A stretch of 64,000 bases of DNA from a virus. Taxonomy: Duplodnaviria > Caudoviricetes. Within the stretch, counting starts at the first letter, position 1. Each line of letters begins with the position of its first letter. The notes under the pieces are model-generated. The model made no database searches. It was not told where the DNA came from and saw only the letters and a program-made list of their open reading frames with translations. A program made the translations under genes and the position numbers. The stretch spans positions 1,510 to 65,509 of the IMG/VR virus record IMGVR_UViG_2596583540_000001. One strand, given 5' to 3'. Below, in pieces: positions 1 through 9,000 of this stretch.

Positions 1-3000
1 GGTACGCCCCGGATGATCGTAATAAGCATACAAATCCTTCATATAAGACGGCAGTTCGACTCTCTGCGTTTTCCCATTCTGATCAAGCATCCCTGTCTGC
101 GGATAATACAAATCCTTAATGGATTGTGGGGTTTGACCAGTATAAAGATACTGTGTAACGGCACCTACTAAACCTACCGTAATAGGAAGTGCCAACGCAT
201 ACGACATTTTATATGTCATTTCCGGGTGTCTACCATGAAGCAGATTGTTCATCTGTTCAACAGTGTCAACACCTGCACCCCCCAATTCACGGAAGGTACC
301 TAAGTTCCAGCCAACAGACCGGACGCTTGCCATCGTTAAGTCTTTCAAAGTTTTATTCCAAAACAGATTGACATAGGCCAATTGTCCCATTCTATTATCA
401 ACACTATTCCAAATTTTTCCACCAATTTGCCGCATTTCGTCACGCGTCATATTAGGTTTTCTTGTCATTTCATATCGCATTGCATCAGCCCATACCCCCA
501 ATTTTTGACGAGGTACAATATATTCCATAATAGGTTTTGTTGCTTTATCCATAATGGCAAATGGGATACGCCATACTCCGCCTAAATAGTTCTTAGCATT
601 AAATGCATCGCTCATCTTATCCCACATACCAGTTCTGTAGAATTTATCCATCTGGACACGACCACCGGAAGCAACCAATGCATCTGCAAGTTTGGCAACT
701 TCTGCTCCCTGCGTACCCGGTGTATACCATTCCTTCAAAACCTTATTGCCACGCAAAGCATTTTCAACCGGCGCAATGGGGGCATGAAAGAAATCTTTTA
801 ATCCTGAACCAATATCACCATGAGAAACTTTCAAAAATCCTAACGCCACTTTAGATACAGTAGCATCCATGGAAGTAAAACCTAGATGGAATGCGGAAAG
901 TCCTAATTGGAACTGATTTAAAATATTAGCTGCTCCCAGATACGATCTATACAAACCCGACATGGGACGGCCATGCGTCCGTAATCCCGGTGATAAGTAG
1001 TTGTTAATCAATCGTGCTGCTTCCTTTGGCATATAATAATATCCTCTGATGTGTAATCCGCCAATAGGTTTACCGGTTACATCAACCGGTGCACCATATA
1101 CTGTTGCAATACGATCATCAATCCTTTCCCAGTTATACGGAATATCTTTAGAGGTAGCTTTAATATATTTGGTAAGTCCACGGGCTTTTGCCTCATTTAT
1201 AACATTGTGGGCCATAATATATTTATCCATTTCACGCATTTTAAGCATGGCAATATCCACGGGATTATCACTAACTGGTTTTAGTCCTGATTCTATACCC
1301 TGCTTAGTAGTTGGAATAGAACGTTTCTTCAGAAATGATTTACCACCTTCAAATGGCCGTCTTCCCGCCCACGCTGCAAACAAGTTCCCTGCATGATTAG
1401 GATCTTCCCACATATGCGGAAAGTAATTTACAATAAAATCTTGCAGTTTGCCGGTTCCTAATTGTTGTATAGCTACACGCCGTTCATCCAACATCTTTCT
1501 CAACGTATAAGCAAATTTCTGCAATTCTGGCGTAGATTGACCTCTGCCGGTTTCAATACGGTTTACAAAATCAAGATTGTCTACTGATGATTGTTTGGAA
1601 AAATAACTCCGCGCAGTATGGAGTGCATTTTCAGCACGATCAGCTTTCTGTGCCATCTCAGATAAATTTTCACGCATGATATTGGCCATAGTTTTTGCGT
1701 TTTCACCCGCTGTCGCAGGAGCTAATGTATCTTTGATATCTTTTATGCCATCTGAAATAGTATCTTTAACCGATTGTACAGCTGGCTTTATATCTTGTTC
1801 GTTAAGATTTTTTAATGGATTATTGGAATCATTAACAGGCACACTTGTTCTCTGTTTAAATGCAGTCATGCCATTGTTTTGCTGCTGATACTGATCTATT
1901 AATGATTTTACATTATCAATTTTTGACTTTAAAGCCGGATCATTATCTAGACTCTTTTCAAACGCTTTATAATAATTTGGGAATTCTTCTTTTACAAGAT
2001 CCGGATCTGTAAAATACTTCGAGCCAAAAATAGATACCCCTTCACGCCGTGCCTCTAATGGAGTTAAATTTTGCCCTTTTAGTTGGTTAAGTGCTGTATG
2101 AATCAATTCTGCATTACTCCGCAATTTTAATTTATCATCCACATATTGAGCTACTAACCGGCCATATTTAGACAAGTCAAAACCATTTTTTATTTTACCG
2201 GCAGGAGTAATCGCATTCACGGCCTTTGTGATGTCATCCGGTGTTACGGATTTATCATTAGTTGATTGACCATTATTTTCTCTGATGGAATACTGTCCTG
2301 CATTTTCATTTCTCATATTGACAAGATCTCGTTCGGTTAGTATACTCTGATTAGATAAAGCACTAGATAGTGCAGGACCCACAAGGGTATCTCCTTTGAT
2401 GGCCCGCACCCAATCTAGTGCTTTTGTCTTGTTCGCATATATCAGTTTCCCTGCTTTTAAATTGGCTGCAAACCAATTATAGTTTGGTGTAGACGATCCC
2501 TGCTTTGTACGAGCGTATGCAGTATTAAGCACATTAATAGCATGATGAGCATTATCGTTTTTTTCTAATTGAACAGGAACAACGACACTGGCACCTTGAT
2601 CAGTTTTTAACTCCAATGCCAATACAAATTTATTAACATCAGCTGTTTTAAAAACCATAACAGGATCTGCAATTGCTTTCGGTAACTGTCTTATAATATC
2701 AGTTGTCATTCCGTAGTGCTTTGGCTGTAAAACATGTTCAAAAAAGCTTCCATATACGGACAATTCCTTGTCATTTTTGCTAATCATTTGTAAAACCAAT
2801 GGCATATCCATAACTCTATAAAGACGACCATTGTTATTCTCTTTCCATACTTGTTTATCAGCTTTGTCATATGCATCAACAACATTATTCCATTTTGCTA
2901 TATCTTGATTCAAGTGTTGTTCCTGTACATCCCGTGTTTTAATATCAAGGTGATCCTGATTAATTGATTTTTGTTCTCCTAAGATACGTACATCATAATT

Positions 3001-6000
3001 CAATGTTCCGTCCGTATTAACATATGGTTTCCCTTCACGATCATTGACACCTCGTAATAATTCTGCTACACTGACAGTGTTTAAAGGAGATATCTTCCCA
3101 CCTTGCATACCCATTTGCGGCATGCTTGGGGAGACATCTCCTTTTTGTTGTATCATATCGTAAAACTTAGCATCTCTTATGGTAAATTGATTTGCGTTTT
3201 TATCTCCTTCCTTGGCTACAATTCTAAATCTTACTAATTTGTTGCCATCCTTAACAACGGAGAAAAGTTCAATATAAGGTTTACCACTAGAGTGTCTATC
3301 ATCTATATGCTTCTCAACATATATTGTATTATTTAAAATATTTTTAATAACTGATAAGGCTTTTCCTCTTGTAGCCAACCCTTGTCTTGACAGATTTGAC
3401 GAATTAATTAAATGCCTGCCATCCGAAACAGAGGCTACCCTTCCCGTACCTTCACTACCAATAATAGTAAATGTTTTTCCAATTAAACTTTTAGCTATTG
3501 CCACTTTTTCTTGATTATTTTTTACATTCACTTTTGGCTGATCTGTTACATCTATAACAGGCACACGTGTATCACCTGTAATATTTTTATTCGTTACAGA
3601 GTAATCCTCATCTTTTATATAGTCTGCCTGCTCACCTTCGCTTTTCCACACTTCATTAGTTTTAATCTTCCGCATCACATTATGAACATTTTCCGTCCCT
3701 GTTAAAACAACTTTTATTTTGTTTGCGAAGTCAATTAATTTATGATATAACTTACCAAATATACCCTGTGGTTTAGCCATACCGGCATACTTGGAAAATG
3801 CATCTGCCATTACTTCATTAACATTTACGCCTTGTTTTTTTGCAATAGGATCGTAATGATTCAGCATGGCATCTTTTTCACGCCGTGTTAAAGCCATATC
3901 CCATGCCGCATGAAAAGCTTCATGATAAACTGTTCCTTCTCGGCTGCTCTGTGACAATTCCATTAATCCAGAGAGATGATCGAGAGATGTTTCGCGCCAC
4001 GCCCCTTCAAGGCTGATGGTTGATTTAGGAGAAACACCATGCGCCAATTTTGCGTTTTCTATTTCTTTGCCGTTCCGTATAATTTGATTTTTAATATCGA
4101 CTACAATTCGTTTACCGTTAGGCATATCAACATTTATCAAATTCCCGTCTTGTGAAAATTCACCGGCAGGAAAAGCTCTTTTAACTTCTGCTGCAACATC
4201 ATCATACGCACGTTTAACTTCCGGATGATTTGTTGGAATCATATGATTCTGTCCGGCAACCTGGTATAAGGTAATACCTTTATCTGTTTTTTCTTGTTCA
4301 ACAGTATCAAAAAAGGCATCAAATGCTTTCCGAATTTCAGGCATTTCTTTTGGCTGTACATAAGGATACCCTTTTTCTCTGTCGCCTTTTACATTTGCTT
4401 CCCATGCCGACGCTGGGACGATATTAGCAAGGTAATCATCTGATTCGCCACGTTCTTTTAACTTATCTACAATATAACTTTCAAAGGCACGAGCATATAA
4501 TTCTTCCGGTTTACTCCAATATGGTTTTGAACGGTATTGATCCAATGCTTCTGCCCGTTTCACCATACCTGAATTATAAATAGCTTTGCGAATATCACCC
4601 CACTTCTTTACTATTTCAGGGCGTATTCCTTCAGGCGAATAATATTTGCTGCCTTGTGCTGCTAACCGTACATCAGATGCTGTTGATAAAAATTCATCTT
4701 TTTTACGTTTTGTTCCAAAGAAGTAATCTAAAGCATGTAACCATTCATGTGCTAAACTTCCTGCACCTTCATTCTTTGTAAGATTGATAACATTATGTAA
4801 CGGTTCATAATGTGCCGCTGCCGGGTGCTTGCCGCCAATACCACGGGCACCAAAGGCAAGTCCTAATTGTCCGTTTAATGACAGCGCTTCTGGATCGACA
4901 TCAATAATATTAGCCATATCACGTAGTGAATCATACGCATTATTTAAGTCCGACTGGCGACGTTTGCCTTCCACCCAATTACCAAATTCAACACCTCTGA
5001 ATCCAAATGCCTTACCGAAAATTTCCGGAGTAACATCTTTGCCCTTTCGATAGTTGGTACCAACACGCTGTTCATTTGCCTCTCTGCGTTCATTTGGCAC
5101 ATACTTCATCTGCTTCAGCTGTTCTTCTAATTCTGTTGCATGATTGTCACGATAATTAACTGCATCTTTAACGTTCTTGAATCCATCTTTCATCAAAACA
5201 ACTCGGTTACCAATTTTTTTACAAATTTCATATTCCTTGGTACCACGGTTTATATAAATTCCAAATGACTGCTTTGTTGTATTATCGGCATTATCTCCCA
5301 TAATACTATCATATTGTTTTTTAAATTTATCAATTACCTGTTGTTCGGTATCACCATCAACAACGGTTTTATGAAAGTGCACCTGCCCTTTTTGTGCTTT
5401 TACTATCTCCCATATATGTTTAGGAGGATTATATTCTTTGCCGTCATACATACTATATGTACCTTCTGACAATGTATATTCTTTTAAAGAATGCGCATGC
5501 CCGACTGCTTCATATAATTTGGCATTAGAAACGACATCACGAATACCTTTATGTCCGCTTGAATACAACCTTTTTTCTATTTCATCTCCTTTACCATCCA
5601 ATATCATTTGTGCCATTTTCTTTACAGCATCAACGCCTTGAGCCCAGTATTTTATATCTCTCCGAGGTTTATTGCTAATAGAATCCCGCAATGCATGAAC
5701 AAGAGCTATGGCATGTTTATCTGCCCCCGCCTTTATTAATGCATCATATTTTGGTTCTGGAAATGACTTCGATAATGGTTTGGTTTGAGTATCAATCTTA
5801 TCACTGTCATCCAATTCTTTTTTATAAGAAGTATATATATCTTTCCGTGCGCCGCCTATTTTTTCGCCAAAATCTTCAATTTTAGTAGTTTTGGATTGTT
5901 CATTCTCTATTTTTGTTTCCAAGTTATTTTTGGAATTATTGATTTTGTTTTCACGGTTGGTATTTTTTTGTTTTTCAGCTTGGTCAGATTGGGCGTTTCC

Positions 6001-9000
6001 AATTGTATTTTCAACGGCTTGTCCACCCAAGCGTGCCCGATTGATTTCATTGTTTTCTCCTTTGAATACAGTATCCGTAATATTTTTAGCCTGCTTTAAA
6101 ACGTCCTCAGGGTTCCTGCCATATATGCTGTGCTGAAAATCTCCGGCAGCTCGTTGCGCAGTATCCATATCCAAAAAAGCTTCTGGAAAATTATCGGAAG
6201 AATGATATACCATCCAGTTTGCTAACCTACCATATATATCCTTGAAAAAATCATTATAGGATATTTTTTTTGGTCTGCCTTCCATTGATATAGAAAGCTT
6301 GTTCTGATGAGCATAGTTTTGAAGAATATCTGCCACTTTTTCTGTAGGAACAGGTCCATCATTTCGAATATTATTGACAACAGCCCCAACACCGGCATTT
6401 GTTTCGTTTTCCCATATACCATTGCGCTGATCATATAAAGCATTCAATTTCTGTTGACTAGAGACAGGGATAATGTCTTTATCATCACCAAGTCCCATAT
6501 GTATAACAGAGTCTTCCCCATATTTATTGGCAAGAGCATCTTCCATACTATCAATTTCTTTTTGCACATCATCATACGCAGGCTGCCGTTGTTTATCAGT
6601 TGACACCTTCCCTCGTAATTTATCCTGCAATGTTTGTACCGCTAATGGCTTATTTGCAAGTACATCATTCCGAAGCTTGTTATTAACAGGAATATTATTG
6701 TCATCTGCTAATTTTAGCAGTTGTTTTTCTAGTCGTAATTCCCCAGTGCTGCCCGTTGTTCCTCTGGCGTTTTTTTGTTCCACTCCGCTGTTTTCTTGTC
6801 TAAATAAGCGTTCATTTCCGGCGTGTTCCTGTGCATAAAGGCTTTCCGTTCCGCCAACGTTGGTTTCTTTAGAATTTTCCCGTCCTTGCTCAAATAATGA
6901 TTTTTGTCCATTGTTATTCACCTCATTAATAGAACGTTCAATAATATTTTCAAGAGAAGGTCTTTCCGTACCAAATAATTCTGCTTGGTGCGGATCTCCA
7001 ACAGCCATAATTTTATTGCAGATGGTTTTATATACTTCGCTAATTTTTTTGGTACTGAATTTATTAGCATCAACAAATTCCAAGATTGCCCGTTCTTCAG
7101 GCGATATGGAAGCATCAAACAAACTTGTTTCTTTAAGATAAAAATTAAGCGGTTTCTTAGCATCACGGAGTGACATTAATACTTTAGATGCATCAGACAT
7201 AACTTTTGATATGTCATACTTATAAAGAGTTCCATGGTCTATCCCATAATTTACTTTTGCCACATCGGGAGCTGCAATAATCATTGCTTTTAAAATATTT
7301 TTACTATTATTATCTGTCGATTCACTCATTTTTGCAAGTAATGCATTATCATGATATGCCTTAGCAAACATTGCATTCTTAATACGGCTAACACCATAGG
7401 GAGTAACTTCGTGCTTGTCATTATAAATAGCATTACTGTCATCTTCTGTCTTAATATCTCGTGCCGCAAGTTTTCTAAATTCCCTGTTCCCCGGATTCAA
7501 GAATTCTCCTGTACCATCATCAACAAATTTATTCATGGTAGATAGTTTGAGTTTGTTTGCATCCATTTGTGCTTGTTCTGCCGAACCTAGCCGTGCACCA
7601 CCTTCAGTACTATGAATAATATCTTTGATAGGCGCTTCTTTATCTACTTGGCGAACGAGTATTGGATTATCAATAGCTTGCACTTGTCCTGATGTAAAGC
7701 CAAATTTATTAGCGTTATCTTTTAAATATTGTTTATATCCAGCCGCACTTATTTTATGCTGTCTATCTTGTCCCTCATATGCCCGTTGAATAGCAATAGT
7801 CCGGCCATTACCATTTAAAACAATACCATTTTTATTAACAACCGGGGCCCCTTGATTAACAAATTGACTGTCCGACAGCAATTCAGGTTTAATAGTCCGT
7901 GCCATCTTTTCAACTTGATTGCGCATTTCACCACGCTGCCGATCTCTCGGTTGCAGTTCAATTGGATATTTAGGATTAATAGAATAATCCGTCAGATTGC
8001 TAGTTATCAGGTCACCTGACGGTACCAGTTTATATGTTGCATTAAATCCTTTATCTAATGTATTTGCATGAACACTTGTGACATTGCCTGTTGGTACATG
8101 CTGCATTAATTGTTCCTTTTTGTTTAGATAATTATCTTGTACAAAAGGTTCATTTGTCGATTCTTCCAATGGCTTTGGCGTTATTGATTTTTGCAGCAGA
8201 GAAGACGGTGTATCTTCCTGCTGCTGTTTTAATGCATTCTGTATTTGACTATCCGGCACATGACTTTTCTTTAATTTATCTTGCAAAGTCTGTACTGCTA
8301 AAGGCTTGCTTTCAAGTACCGCTTGACGTAATTTATTATTGACAGGCACTTGATTATTATCAGCTAAATCTAACGGCGTGGGAACATTTTGAATAGGAAT
8401 CGTATTCATATCAGCATTCTTTAAGTCAATCTGTGGATTATTCTGCAAAATATTCCTAATTGCTTCCAAATCTCCGTTTATACCCGCCATCTTAATACTG
8501 TCACGCAGTGCCTCATCCGAGTTATCAGGCAACGAATTTAGGACTAAATCTGCCGTCCGTTGTGCCGTCATAGCATCAATTTGAGGACCATACATATTTT
8601 TCAGCGTATCAATGTTTTCCTGTGTATCGATGAATGGGCTATTATTTTGATCTCCTTTGAACATTGCATCCAAAGTACTTTTTTCATCCGGATTACTATT
8701 TTCCTGACGCTGAATATCAGCTTCTTCTTTTGCCATTTCATTACTGATCTGATCTATTGTATCATCATTAACAATATCATTCATTGCTTTTTGATCTGCT
8801 TGTTCATCCTGTCGAGATGCTTTATCAAATTGATTAATGATATTATCCTGTGTAGAATCAGAATTTATTGAATCGGTTGATGTTCCAGAAGTATCAGACG
8901 TTTTAATAATTTTAGTGGGTTCCAGACCACCCATTTTATTATAATCATCGCCATGAATAATCTTACCTTGACTTGTAGAATTACCAATATAACCACCGTC

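Noticed and set aside
3723-3751. TTGCGA-17-TATAAC as a third antisense promoter
   Set aside because: Both boxes imperfect and no downstream hairpin seen
6222-6443. 73 aa nested minus-strand ORF
   Set aside because: No RBS, and the giant frame looks globular here, so likely an incidental open frame
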